From an uncultured Clostridia bacterium (GTDB lineage: Bacteria; Bacillota; Clostridia; Christensenellales; UBA1242): 64,000 nt of DNA. The notes beneath the pieces were generated by a model. The model did no database searches and was not told where the DNA came from. It worked only from the letters and a program-made list of their open reading frames with translations. Positions 44,643 to 53,824 of the stretch are shown here, piece after piece. The position numbers were made by a program, and so were the translations under genes. The stretch spans positions 149,470-213,469 of the forward strand of contig CALVOG010000001.1 of the NCBI GenBank assembly GCA_944350265.1. Direction: 5' to 3'. Every line of letters begins with the position of its first letter. Position 1 is the stretch's first letter.

Positions 44643-46751
44643 TTAATCCTCCATTTTTTCTAATTTCGCCATATTTAGCATAAGTTCTTTCACGTTCCCT
44701 GAAAAGTCAATCTTGCCAACCATACCGTCGGCGGAAATATCCAACATCTCGCCCTCACCAAAGCGAGGATGAATAACCTTGTCGCCAACTTTTAAGCCCG
44801 AATCGAAGAACTCTTGCGCTTTATCTTCCTTTTTCTTCTTCTCTTTTGGCTTTGGTAAGTTTTTTTCAACGATGTTAAGTTCCTTTAAAAATTGGCTTTC
44901 CGTTTCGTAGTTTGACTTGCCATACATAAACCGCTTCGTGGCGTGAATGAGATAGATTTTTTCTTCGGCGCGCGTGATTGCCACATACATAAGTCGCCTT
45001 TCTTCCTCCATTTCGCTTGGTAAATTCATTGCGCGCGAGAGTGGAAAAATGCCCTCTTCAAGCCCAACCACAAACACGACGCGAAATTCAAGCCCTTTAA
45101 CCGCGTGGACGGTGGAAAGACTGACATAGCCGTCGCCCTCCATATCATCTTGGTCGCTTTTAAGCATCACACCTGAAAGGTAATCAGCGAGCGTCGCACC
45201 CTCATTTTCCGCCTCAAACTCCTTAATTGACGCCAAAAAACTGTCGATATTGCGCGATTTGTTGATGTTTTCCTCGTCCTTGCCCGCGTATTCGAGGTCA
45301 ATTTTGAAATCTTTTATCACCCTTTTTGCGAAATCATAGAGCGACAAATTCTCGCGCTCCTTATCTAATTTTCGATAATTTTCGACAAAATTCTCAAGTT
45401 TTTTATATAGTTTATGACACTTAAATTTTTCGCTTAAAATATAGTTCAAAATTCCGTCCTCAGCCTCAAGTTTAAGTGTGTTAATCGCCACATCGCCGAC
45501 CCCGCGTCGTGGGAAATTAATAACTTTTAAAAGCGAAATTTCGTCCTTTTTATTGACAAAAATGGAGAGATAGGCAAGCAAAATCTTAATCTCTGCGCGT
45601 TCAAAAAACTTCAGCCCGCCGTAGACCTTATATGGAATATTATACGCCAAAAGCCCCTCTTCAATCGGGCGCGAAAGTGCGTTTATTCGCATAAGCACCG
45701 CAAAATCACTCAGTTTATATCCCTCTTCGCGTAATTTTTCAATCTCCGTCGCCACAAAAAGTGCCTCATCGCGCTCATCAAACGCGGAATAAACAACAGG
45801 CGGAAGCCCATCGTCTTTTTCCGTCCAAAGTCTTTTTTCAAGGCGCTCTTTGTTGTTCGAAATAACATTATTTGCAAGGCTCAAAATGTTCTTCGACGAG
45901 CGATAATTCTGCTCTAATTTAAACACCTTCACGTTATCAAAATCGTTTTTTAGGTTGAAAATATTGTGAAAATTGGCACCGCGCCACGAGTATATGCACT
46001 GGTCCTCATCGCCCACAACAAAGAGGTTTTTATGCACCGACACCAAAAGTTTAACAAGTTTATATTGCACCAAGTTTGTGTCTTGAAACTCGTCGACCAA
46101 AACATACTGAAAGCGGTTGGCATAGCGACTTAGCACCTCGCCGTAGTTTTGAAAAAGAAAGAGGGTTTTGTTTAAGAGGTCGTCAAAATCCAAACTGTTG
46201 TTCTTTTTGAGGCGCTCTTCATACATAAACACCGCGCGCATATATTCCTTCAGCGCCCGTTCGTTGCCATATCGCATCAGCGACAAAAAATACTCCTCAA
46301 TGTCAAGCCCCTTGTTTTTAATGTTGTCGATATGATGTTCGATTTTAGCCACATCGTCATCGCCTAGTTCCAATTCCTTAACAATCTCTTTTATGATTTT
46401 GTCGCGGTCGTTTTCGGCAATTATGGTGAAATTTTTGTCGTAGCCATCCAAAAAATCGATTTCTTGGCGAAGAATACGCACGCACATCGAGTGAAAGGTG
46501 GAAATCCAAACATTATGGTCGCACATCTCTCTCACGCGTTCCTTCATCTCATTTGTTGCCTTGTTTGTGAAAGTTATCGCCAAGATGTTGTAAGGCGAGA
46601 TATGTTTTTCGGTGAGAAGATAGCAAATTCGATGCGTAAGAAGGCGAGTTTTGCCACTACCCGCACCTGCCGTCACCAAAACGACGCCGTCGGTTTCGTA
46701 AAGCGCCTTTTTTTGTTCGTCATTCAAAGAATTAATGTCATACTTATTCAT
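44643..46751 (-). CDS. pcrA: ATP-dependent DNA helicase PcrA/UvrD
   Basis: Walker A AGAGSGKT, VDEFQDTN, VGDEDQCIYSWRGA, QNYRS. 702 aa, in the pcrA-ligA gene order typical of Firmicutes. Confidence 0.9.
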   Translation of the reverse strand: MNKYDINSLNDEQKKALYETDGVVLVTAGAGSGKTRLLTHRICYLLTEKHISPYNILAITFTNKATNEMKERVREMCDHNVWISTFHSMCVRILRQEIDFLDGYDKNFTIIAENDRDKIIKEIVKELELGDDDVAKIEHHIDNIKNKGLDIEEYFLSLMRYGNERALKEYMRAVFMYEERLKKNNSLDFDDLLNKTLFLFQNYGEVLSRYANRFQYVLVDEFQDTNLVQYKLVKLLVSVHKNLFVVGDEDQCIYSWRGANFHNIFNLKNDFDNVKVFKLEQNYRSSKNILSLANNVISNNKERLEKRLWTEKDDGLPPVVYSAFDERDEALFVATEIEKLREEGYKLSDFAVLMRINALSRPIEEGLLAYNIPYKVYGGLKFFERAEIKILLAYLSIFVNKKDEISLLKVINFPRRGVGDVAINTLKLEAEDGILNYILSEKFKCHKLYKKLENFVENYRKLDKERENLSLYDFAKRVIKDFKIDLEYAGKDEENINKSRNIDSFLASIKEFEAENEGATLADYLSGVMLKSDQDDMEGDGYVSLSTVHAVKGLEFRVVFVVGLEEGIFPLSRAMNLPSEMEEERRLMYVAITRAEEKIYLIHATKRFMYGKSNYETESQFLKELNIVEKNLPKPKEKKKKEDKAQEFFDSGLKVGDKVIHPRFGEGEMLDISADGMVGKIDFSGNVKELMLNMAKLEKMED

Positions 46752-46844
46752 ACCTCATATCTTATCACAAAACGAAAAAAACACAAAGCAAAAACAACAC
46801 TTTGCGCAATATTTTTAAGGAAAAATAATTAGGTGGTTTAAGGC

Positions 46845-47135
46845 TCCACATCCAAGCGCGCAATGTATAAATCTAATTGTCGCGTGGTAACACTTATACC
46901 GATAGGACTATTGGTTTATTTGTCATTCTGAGGCGAAGCCGAAGAATCTCGTCGTAGCACCCACCCGCGTATGTCTAATTATACCTCTTAAAATATAAAA
47001 TTGCACTAGTGTCGATACCCACTGACTTTTTAAGTGGTAGTTTTAGAATTTTTGTAAGCCGTTCTACGACGAGATTCTTCGCTGGCGTCGCCTTGCTCCT
47101 TGCTCAGAATGACATTTAGCGATATTTCTTATAGC
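46845..47135. repeat. mosaic repeat cluster L8 (Z end box, W, X, Z forward; B reverse)
   Basis: X at 46919-46956 (core ggcgaagcc) and B-rev at 47028-47122. Confidence 0.9.
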
Positions 47136-47215
47136 GTGTTAAGCATATTATAAAAGCGCACCTCTTTTCAACCATTCAAGTGCGCTATAATAAAAAAAGA
47201 TTTAAAAGTTTCCTT

Positions 47216-47611
47216 TTAAACCTTTGCCAAAATATCTTTTTTCATTCTCTCAAACTCTTCATCGCTGATTGCGCCCGAGTCTTTAAGATTTTTAAGTTTT
47301 GCCAATTTTTCAGTGGCATCATCATCGCTTTGCTTTGTTTGTGTTGGATGAACATCCACAACGACTTGCTGATTTTGCTCACCTGTCCCTACGCCTGCGC
47401 CTGCGAGTTGTTCATTTGGTATGCAAAGCATAAAAATTCCGCCCAAAAGACTGCAAAATAGAAGCACGCAAACACCTATACCCACAAGTTCGCTTCTATC
47501 CTTTGCGGAATTTATTTTGCTAAGCCCAATACCACCAACAATAAGAGGTAAAATGGCAATGCAACCAAAAATCATACCCAAAATAATAAACACTTTTGCT
47601 GCTGTTTTCAT
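47216..47611 (-). CDS. membrane protein with C-terminal SHOCT domain
   Basis: Two TM helices, then EKLAKLKNLKDSGAISDEEFERMKKDIL (SHOCT motif). Confidence 0.7.
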   Translation of the reverse strand: MKTAAKVFIILGMIFGCIAILPLIVGGIGLSKINSAKDRSELVGIGVCVLLFCSLLGGIFMLCIPNEQLAGAGVGTGEQNQQVVVDVHPTQTKQSDDDATEKLAKLKNLKDSGAISDEEFERMKKDILAKV

Positions 47612-47649
47612 CTCTTCTCCTTTGTTATTGTTATGATTGTATCACAAAC

Positions 47650-47935
47650 TAAGTGCATTTGTCCACTAAATGAGCAAAATAATAAAAAAAATTTGATGTA
47701 ACCCGCATTTTAGATTTTTTGATTAAAAACACGAGTTTGCATTTAAGATTTATTGATTAAATAAGTTTGATATAGCCCGCGTTTAAGATTTATTCACTAA
47801 ATGTAAAAAAGTTTAGTTTGGTTACGCTTAAGTTTTTTATTATATAGAGTCACGCTTAAGTTTAACTATATAAACAATAATAAAATAGATGTTTGCTATT
47901 ATGCGCTTTAAAATTGATTACTAAACAAAATAATA
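47650..47935. repeat. degenerate 35-50 bp repeats (6-7 units)
   Basis: The core gc(a/g)tt(t)aag(a)ttt(a)tt(g/c)a(t/c)taaa recurs at about 47654, 47704, 47739, 47776, 47824, 47851 and 47903. Confidence 0.6.
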
Positions 47936-47967
47936 AAAAAACTTTTGCGAAAATCTCACAAAAGTTT
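47931..47967 (-). terminator. rpsU terminator
   Basis: Minus strand AAACTTTTG-tgagattttcg-CAAAAGTTT followed by TTTTTTATT, directly after the rpsU stop. Confidence 0.65.
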
Positions 47968-47973
47968 TAAATT

Positions 47974-48168
47974 TTAGCCTCTTTTTCTGGCTCTTTTTCT
48001 TGCTGCTTCAGATTTTTCCTTTTTCTTCACGCTTGGCTTCTTGTATTCTTCTTTCTTTCTAATATCGCCAATAATGCCGTCTTTTTGGCACTTTCTTTTA
48101 AATCTTTTAAGCGCGCTTTCCAAACTTTCGTTCTCGCCAACCTTAACAGTCGTCAACCTTCTCACCAC
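47974..48168 (-). CDS. rpsU: 30S ribosomal protein S21
   Basis: [49 protein letters not shown]. The exact start is uncertain because the N-terminus is 6 aa longer than usual. Confidence 0.9.
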   Translation of the reverse strand: MVRRLTTVKVGENESLESALKRFKRKCQKDGIIGDIRKKEEYKKPSVKKKEKSEAARKRARKRG

Positions 48169-48349
48169 CTTTCAATTTATAATTTACCCTAAGAGTATAA
48201 TGGATTTGTATGCAAAAAGTCAAGTGTTTTGTGAAAATAATTCAAAAAACAGCCATTTTATCGAACTTTTAACGTAAATTTGAATTATTCAGCCTCAAAC
48301 ACAACGAGTATTGCATTAAATATCTCATAAAAAATTTTTGTAAAACAAC

Positions 48350-48378
48350 TTGACAACCATTTACTTTTATGCTACAAT
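48350..48378 (+). promoter_or_regulatory. near-consensus sigma-A promoter
   Basis: TTGACA (48350-48355), 17-nt spacer, TACAAT (48373-48378), then AAAGGAGAA RBS. Confidence 0.6.
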
Positions 48379-48402
48379 ACTAAGTAAAGGAGAAATAGTG
48401 AT

Positions 48403-49206
48403 ATGAAAAAGTCTAAAAAAATTATTAAAAAATTAACTCGCTTTGTGGATAAAGCACTTTACCCACTAGACCGAGAATTTAACACCTTCGATTCTCTTGG
48501 GTCTACTACAGAAGTTGTTCTCAATAAATTTGCGTTACTTGACGAAATATATCAAAAAGAAGTTGTAACTGACAAAGATATTTTATTGGCAACTGAAATA
48601 ATGGAAGAACTCGTAGAAGATGTTAGTTATATTAAAGGATTTGAGAAAGACAAGGATGTTCAAAAATATAAGAATGTTTTTGATGAGATTCTCCCCTTAG
48701 CACAAGAAATGATGGATGAAATTGGCAAAAAGGAGATTTCAGATAATTCGCCTATAATTGCTAAAGCTAATGATATTATATTGCAAATGAAAGATATTAA
48801 CAAAAGTAGCGCTAGTTGTAGTAAAAGATTAGAAGAAATTATTAAAAAAGATAACAATAGGGGTGCTATCTCGAATGCTCATTTTGAAGGTGATGATTTA
48901 GAATTACTAGCAAATCTTGATTTATTAGTAGAACTAAATAACTCACTTAGTAAATTAGAAACAATCGACAAATTTAAAGAAGAATTAACTTCTCTTAAAA
49001 AAGATGCTAACGATTATGGTAGAAAACTTTTTGCGACGATTCTTAATGAACAAGCCAGACTTGAAGCATTAGATGCCAAGTTAAATCCAGATTACAAAAT
49101 GTTTGACGCAAGATGCAGTGAACGATATACAAATCCATTTGTTGAAAATGAACTTAAAAAAGAATCCACCACTCAAAAAGACAAAGACGAAGTTATAAAA
49201 GTTTAA
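48403..49206 (+). CDS. hypothetical cytoplasmic coiled-coil protein (267 aa), low-GC singleton
   Basis: Intact ORF with its own promoter and terminator. Spot count gives about 32% GC. No family recognised. Confidence 0.5.
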   Translation: MKKSKKIIKKLTRFVDKALYPLDREFNTFDSLGSTTEVVLNKFALLDEIYQKEVVTDKDILLATEIMEELVEDVSYIKGFEKDKDVQKYKNVFDEILPLAQEMMDEIGKKEISDNSPIIAKANDIILQMKDINKSSASCSKRLEEIIKKDNNRGAISNAHFEGDDLELLANLDLLVELNNSLSKLETIDKFKEELTSLKKDANDYGRKLFATILNEQARLEALDAKLNPDYKMFDARCSERYTNPFVENELKKESTTQKDKDEVIKV

Positions 49207-49251
49207 GCGTTAAGCCAAACTTTATTTGATTTTTCAATTAATATTTCAATA

Positions 49252-49300
49252 AAACATACAACTATAAGTGTAACATTTAAAGTTGTATGTTTTATTTATA
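49252..49300. terminator. bidirectional terminator between convergent genes
   Basis: AAACATACAACT-17 nt-AGTTGTATGTTT (12-bp perfect stem) followed by TATTTAT. Confidence 0.65.
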
Positions 49301-49305
49301 ACTTT

Positions 49306-50307
49306 TTACAAATTCCCTAGAACGCTTTGGAGTAGCGCTTGGTCGGAGAGAAGTTTGCCCGCGCCCATAATTGTGATGTAGTCGGCGTCGCTCGAGATGT
49401 GGACGGGATATTTAAGATATTGTTTAAAATAATTATCAAGCCCTTGCAGTTTTGCGCATCCACCGCACACCAAAATTTTGTTATTGATAATATCCGTGAC
49501 AACTTCTGGCGCGAGAGTGTTAATGGTGGTGTCAACCGCGCGCAAGATTTCGCTATAAAACGGCTCTATGGCGCTTTGAAGTTCCATTGAATGGATAACA
49601 ACTGACTTTGGCGACTTATTTTTAACATCCACGCCCGTGACTTCCATATTCAAGGTGTCGTTTTCGTAAAGCGAGCCGACGTCGTTTTTTAATATTTCCG
49701 CGGTTGGAAGCCCAATGACAAGTTCGTCCTTAAAAGCGAGGTAGTTGACGATGGAGGCGTCAATCGACTTGCCACCAATCGAAAGCGTTGCGCCCTTCAA
49801 AATTGTGGACATATTAACAACGGCGATATCGGTGTAAGTTCCGCCGATATTGACAACCATATTCACCGTCGAGCCGTCGATTTTTCGCCCCTCACCGATA
49901 AGCGAGCATAGCACCGCTGGCACGAGTTCAACTTGTCCCATATTGCACGCCTCACACACGCGAAGAATGTTATCTTTTTCGCGCGCCGAAAGTCCGCACG
50001 GACAAAGGAACAAAACATTGTCCTCAAACGGCTTAAAATTGACCTTTGAGAGGAAGGATTTTAAAAGCACCACGCTATACTCAAAATTCGAATGCTCGCC
50101 ATAAACGCACGGCGTGAAGATTTCAATGTTGTCCTTAGTTTTGCCGATAAGTTTTTTGGCGTCCTGCCCAAGCGCGATAACCTTATATCCCTCTTCGGTC
50201 GGCTCAGCGCCAACAAGGGTGGGCTCTTTAAGCGCCAGCCCCTGCCCTTTCACGTAGATATTGGTGTAACCTCCGCCCATTTCAATGGCAAACTTATATT
50301 TTTTCAT
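49306..50307 (-). CDS. mreB: MreB/Mbl family actin-like protein
   Basis: IEMGGGYTNIYVKGQGLALKEPTLV (MreB has [24 protein letters not shown]), NIGGTYTDIAV, LVCGGCAKLQGLD. No mreC or mreD is adjacent. Confidence 0.75.
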   Translation of the reverse strand: MKKYKFAIEMGGGYTNIYVKGQGLALKEPTLVGAEPTEEGYKVIALGQDAKKLIGKTKDNIEIFTPCVYGEHSNFEYSVVLLKSFLSKVNFKPFEDNVLFLCPCGLSAREKDNILRVCEACNMGQVELVPAVLCSLIGEGRKIDGSTVNMVVNIGGTYTDIAVVNMSTILKGATLSIGGKSIDASIVNYLAFKDELVIGLPTAEILKNDVGSLYENDTLNMEVTGVDVKNKSPKSVVIHSMELQSAIEPFYSEILRAVDTTINTLAPEVVTDIINNKILVCGGCAKLQGLDNYFKQYLKYPVHISSDADYITIMGAGKLLSDQALLQSVLGNL

Positions 50308-50315
50308 ATCCCCTC

Positions 50316-51452
50316 CTAAACTTTAAAAGTGGTTTTAACGATTTTGTCGGTTAAAATGTCGATTGAGTTAAGCGAAAAAGTGGTGCCTTCTTCAAGTGAG
50401 TAAAGCACATTGAATAGGTCGCAAAGAGTGGTGACGTTTTTCGAGTAGCCATTGTAGCTTATGCTTGTTATAATATGATTTGAAAGAAGCGTGCTGTCGC
50501 CCATCACAAAATCTTCAAGTAAAAGCACTCCATCGCGCGAAAGGTATTTTTTCAAAACGCTGTCACTAAGTGTCAGCCAACCATCATCGTAAAAAATTTG
50601 GTTTTCGTTCAATTTATATTTAAGGCGTATTGAAATTTCGTCCATATCAAGTCCACGAATACCAAAATCACAAAGAGCGTTATCTTTTAATCTTTCCACA
50701 ATCACGCTGGCATTTTTGGTTGCAACGGCGTAGTAATCGGCGCTGTTAATGTTATCGTCATTGACGGCGTAGGCGTAACTTAACCCAACAAGTTTGCCCG
50801 ATTTATCGAAAATTGCGCCCTGAGAAGTGGTTTTATAGTTATCAACCACAAAAGATATGCTGTTTGGCACAACAAAGTCGACAACATCAATTTCGTCGTA
50901 TGTTTTAGTCACATAGCCCGTGTTATGCTTCACGCTTTTCGCCTTGTTGATGTTATTTTCACTAAAAGGGTTGCCAACCGCAAGATACCCGCTCGAAAAA
51001 ATGGAGGTGTTCAAGTCACCCGTTTTAACATACGGCAAACTGAGCGAGGAAGTTTCGTCGAAGTGGTCGTAAAGTTTTAAGATTGCCAAATTTAAAGCGT
51101 CATTTTGAAAGACGATTTCACCGTCAAAAACATCGCCACTATTGTGATATAACAAGATTTCCTCGCCGTCATATTCGTCAAAGTTACGGCTAAACGTGAC
51201 AACATAGCCACTCTCATCAACGTTGACGCCTAAGAAGTCCTCGTCACCATAGCGAACCGAATAACTCGCCTCCAAATACATCTCTCCAATCTCGTCATCG
51301 CTTAGAACATTAAAAACGGAGAGTTTGCCGGTGATGTCGTTAGGACGAGCGAAGTAAAAATAAACTGCCACCGAAAAATAACAAAGGATGATGCCCAAAA
51401 GCACCATACCAATAATCACAAAAACCTTTTTAACAACATTCCCTTCCGTCAT
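50316..51452 (-). CDS. membrane-anchored HtrA-like (trypsin fold plus PDZ-like) protein, catalytic His/Asp apparently substituted
   Basis: N-terminal TM segment. By-eye alignment to B. subtilis HtrA: GYVVTFSRNF vs AYIITNNHVV, NLAILKL vs DLAVLQI, TTSQGAIFDKSGKLVGL vs GNSGGPLLNTDGKIVGI. Confidence 0.45.
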   Translation of the reverse strand: MTEGNVVKKVFVIIGMVLLGIILCYFSVAVYFYFARPNDITGKLSVFNVLSDDEIGEMYLEASYSVRYGDEDFLGVNVDESGYVVTFSRNFDEYDGEEILLYHNSGDVFDGEIVFQNDALNLAILKLYDHFDETSSLSLPYVKTGDLNTSIFSSGYLAVGNPFSENNINKAKSVKHNTGYVTKTYDEIDVVDFVVPNSISFVVDNYKTTSQGAIFDKSGKLVGLSYAYAVNDDNINSADYYAVATKNASVIVERLKDNALCDFGIRGLDMDEISIRLKYKLNENQIFYDDGWLTLSDSVLKKYLSRDGVLLLEDFVMGDSTLLSNHIITSISYNGYSKNVTTLCDLFNVLYSLEEGTTFSLNSIDILTDKIVKTTFKV

Positions 51453-51460
51453 TTTCTCCC

Positions 51461-52942
51461 TTAAATGATTTGTAAATTCTTTTTAAAGGTCTTTTTAAAA
51501 TCGTCGGTGAGTTTCATACTTTGCATAATTTCCAACTGCGGGTCACCGTTGACCACCGTTTTCATTATGATAGAGTCGCCCAAAATGTCACAAATAACAT
51601 CCTGTATCGTTCCCTTACGAGAAAAATTGAGGCACACGGAAAGTTTCACAAGCACGCCCAATTTACGCACTGCATCAACATCCTCATCGTCCAAAATTTC
51701 CTTATATTTCAAAATTTCTGGCAAGTTGAAATTATCCAAATTCTGGCACTGACAAATGAATCCAGCAAGCAAAATATCCTTTTGTGAAGCGCCCGCAATG
51801 TTTGCGTTCATAATGGCATAGAAACCGTGTTTTTCATAGTTTTTAAAGTCGATAAACTTGCCACAATCATACATAAATGACGCAATTTTAAGTGGTTTAA
51901 TTAAATTACGCGAAAGTTTATGCACCACTTTGAGTTGTTTGAAAAGTAAGACCGCCATTGTGTAGACGTTATAGTTCGCAAACAAGCCTTCTTTGCGAAA
52001 TTCGTAGTAATTATCCAAACTATTCAGCACCAAATCGGAGTATTTTTCAGTTGGCGTTCCCACCAAATTCTCTAAAATCTTGCCTTCTGCCTTGTCAGCG
52101 TCGGTGACAACCACATTCCTAGCGCCAAAAAAGTTGAAGATAGCGCTTATTATTGCCAGCCCGCCCTGCACGCTGTCACTCCCTTCAAAGGAAAGCCCTT
52201 TAATCTTCTTAACCTTTTCGATGTCTAAGTCCTTAGCGAACTCCAACACCTTCTTAACGCCCTCAGCCGAAAGGTCGTAGTTATTGTCGATATCAATAGG
52301 ATAACGCAAAAGTTTTTTTGCCACCTTTGAAACATCCAAAAATGGCACGCCCGCGCCAACAATACCTTCCTCTTCGAAATTGACAACAAACGAGCAACCT
52401 TTAAGTTCCTTTTTGAAGAAGTTTATCATATCTTCAATCTTAGAATACTTTTGCGTCAAGTTGATGTAGCCATACGGCACAACGAAAGTGTCGAAAGCAC
52501 TGCGCCTGTTATACCTAATTATATATGTCGAGTAGCCCATAATATACACGCAAACGCCCTTTGGCATATCCACCTTGGCGTTCACGGCGTTATAGATATC
52601 CTTCACCACCTCGTCGTCGCCCGTTATGTTGAAATTGATGCCTGTGTGCGTGTAAATCTCGTCCAAAAGTCCGCGATAGTTACGCGCCTTCACAACAACA
52701 TTCGACGCAAACGCCACAATCTTTGAAACATTGAAATTTTCGACCGTATAGCGATAAATTCCAAGAATTTTCAAAATATCGGCGCGCGATTTTGGCGAAA
52801 ATAAGCAATCTTTTAAAAGGTCTTTTGTAAGGTCGTAAGGGTTGACAACGTCCTCAATAACGCGATAGCGCCCCTGCCTTGTTTGCACAATTTTAAGTTC
52901 CAATTTGCGCTCAGTAAGTTCAATCAATGCCACATTATCCAT
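51461..52942 (-). CDS. Ppx/GppA-like phosphatase with HD-like C-terminal domain, divergent motifs
   Basis: AFASNVVVKARNYRGLLDEIYTHTGINFNITGDDEVVKDIYNAV matches the Ppx-GppA core (ATSA.R.A.N...F...I....G....VISG.EEA). The N-terminal DxGSNS position reads ELTERK. Confidence 0.55.
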   Translation of the reverse strand: MDNVALIELTERKLELKIVQTRQGRYRVIEDVVNPYDLTKDLLKDCLFSPKSRADILKILGIYRYTVENFNVSKIVAFASNVVVKARNYRGLLDEIYTHTGINFNITGDDEVVKDIYNAVNAKVDMPKGVCVYIMGYSTYIIRYNRRSAFDTFVVPYGYINLTQKYSKIEDMINFFKKELKGCSFVVNFEEEGIVGAGVPFLDVSKVAKKLLRYPIDIDNNYDLSAEGVKKVLEFAKDLDIEKVKKIKGLSFEGSDSVQGGLAIISAIFNFFGARNVVVTDADKAEGKILENLVGTPTEKYSDLVLNSLDNYYEFRKEGLFANYNVYTMAVLLFKQLKVVHKLSRNLIKPLKIASFMYDCGKFIDFKNYEKHGFYAIMNANIAGASQKDILLAGFICQCQNLDNFNLPEILKYKEILDDEDVDAVRKLGVLVKLSVCLNFSRKGTIQDVICDILGDSIIMKTVVNGDPQLEIMQSMKLTDDFKKTFKKNLQII

Positions 52943-52960
52943 ATCTAACTCCGTTAAAAA

Positions 52961-53128
52961 TTAATCCAATTTAATTGCGCCCACAGGACAACTTGCCTCG
53001 CACGCGCCACAGTGAATGCACTTTGTTTTGTCGATGACCGCTTTGCCGTCCTTATCAAAACTGATTGCGCCCACAGGACAAATGGAAACACACGTTCCGC
53101 AACCGATACATTTTTCTTTATTAACCAT
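52961..53128 (-). CDS. 2x[4Fe-4S] ferredoxin (55 aa; below the ORF-track length cutoff)
   Basis: Hand translation gives MVNKEKCIGCGTCVSICPVGAISFDKDGKAVIDKTKCIHCGACEASCPVGAIKLD. GGAGG RBS. Two CxxCxxCxxxCP motifs. Confidence 0.85.
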   Translation of the reverse strand: MVNKEKCIGCGTCVSICPVGAISFDKDGKAVIDKTKCIHCGACEASCPVGAIKLD

Positions 53129-53160
53129 AGTTTTTGCCTCCGTTTAAAATTTACAAATTA

Positions 53161-53189
53161 AATATAGCACAAAAAAGTGATTTTTGCAA
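53161..53189 (-). promoter_or_regulatory. sigma-A promoter of the ferredoxin/ppx-like/htrA-like/mreB-like operon
   Basis: Minus strand TTGCAA, 17-nt spacer, extended -10 TGcTATATT. Confidence 0.5.
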
Positions 53190-53234
53190 GCGTTTTAAAA
53201 ATAACCGAAAAAAAATTATGCACTTGGCATAATT

Positions 53235-53744
53235 TTAAAAGTCGTCATCCTCGTCGTCCTCTTCCTCTTCTTCGTCGTCATCCTCGTCGTCGTCAAAGTC
53301 GTCCTCATCATCCTCTTCCTCTTCTTCGTCGTCAAAATCTTCGTCGAGGTCAATCTCTTCGTCCAGCGAGTCGTCAAAACCGATGTCGGTGTCGATTTCG
53401 TCGTCTAACATATCGCTGTCGCCAAGTTCGGTGACGGAAGCCATATCGCCGGTTTCCTCATCCTCGTCAACAACCTCGTCCTCATCTCTATTAAGATAAT
53501 CTTCCCAGTCGGAACTAAGTTCGCCGTCCTCGGTTTGGTGTTCTTTTAAGCAAGTTGAGCACATAATCTCGTCTGGCGAGATGTAGTTGGTTTTGCAAAT
53601 AGGGCAAAGTTCAAGGTCAAGGTCGCTTGTGTATTCATCCTTCTTCGCGGAAAGTTCCGCCTTACAAACACTGCAAAGTTTGTCTTTCTTCTCAATATAA
53701 TTAAGTTCACATCTTGGACATCTAATGTAAACAGGTTTTCTCAT
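53235..53744 (-). CDS. double zinc-ribbon protein with about 100-aa poly-acidic tail
   Basis: Start set to MRKPVYIRC, which has a GGAGGG RBS. Motifs CPRC..17..CSVC and CPIC..14..CSTC. The tail is Asp/Glu-rich and ends DDEEEEEDDEDDFDDDEDDDEEEEEDDEDDDF. Confidence 0.6.
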   Translation of the reverse strand: MRKPVYIRCPRCELNYIEKKDKLCSVCKAELSAKKDEYTSDLDLELCPICKTNYISPDEIMCSTCLKEHQTEDGELSSDWEDYLNRDEDEVVDEDEETGDMASVTELGDSDMLDDEIDTDIGFDDSLDEEIDLDEDFDDEEEEEDDEDDFDDDEDDDEEEEEDDEDDDF

Positions 53745-53824
53745 AATCCCTCCTAATATCGCTCTTATTCTACAAAGAAAATTTCCTATTGTCAACTAAA
53801 TTTTGATATTTTTTCACAGATTTT

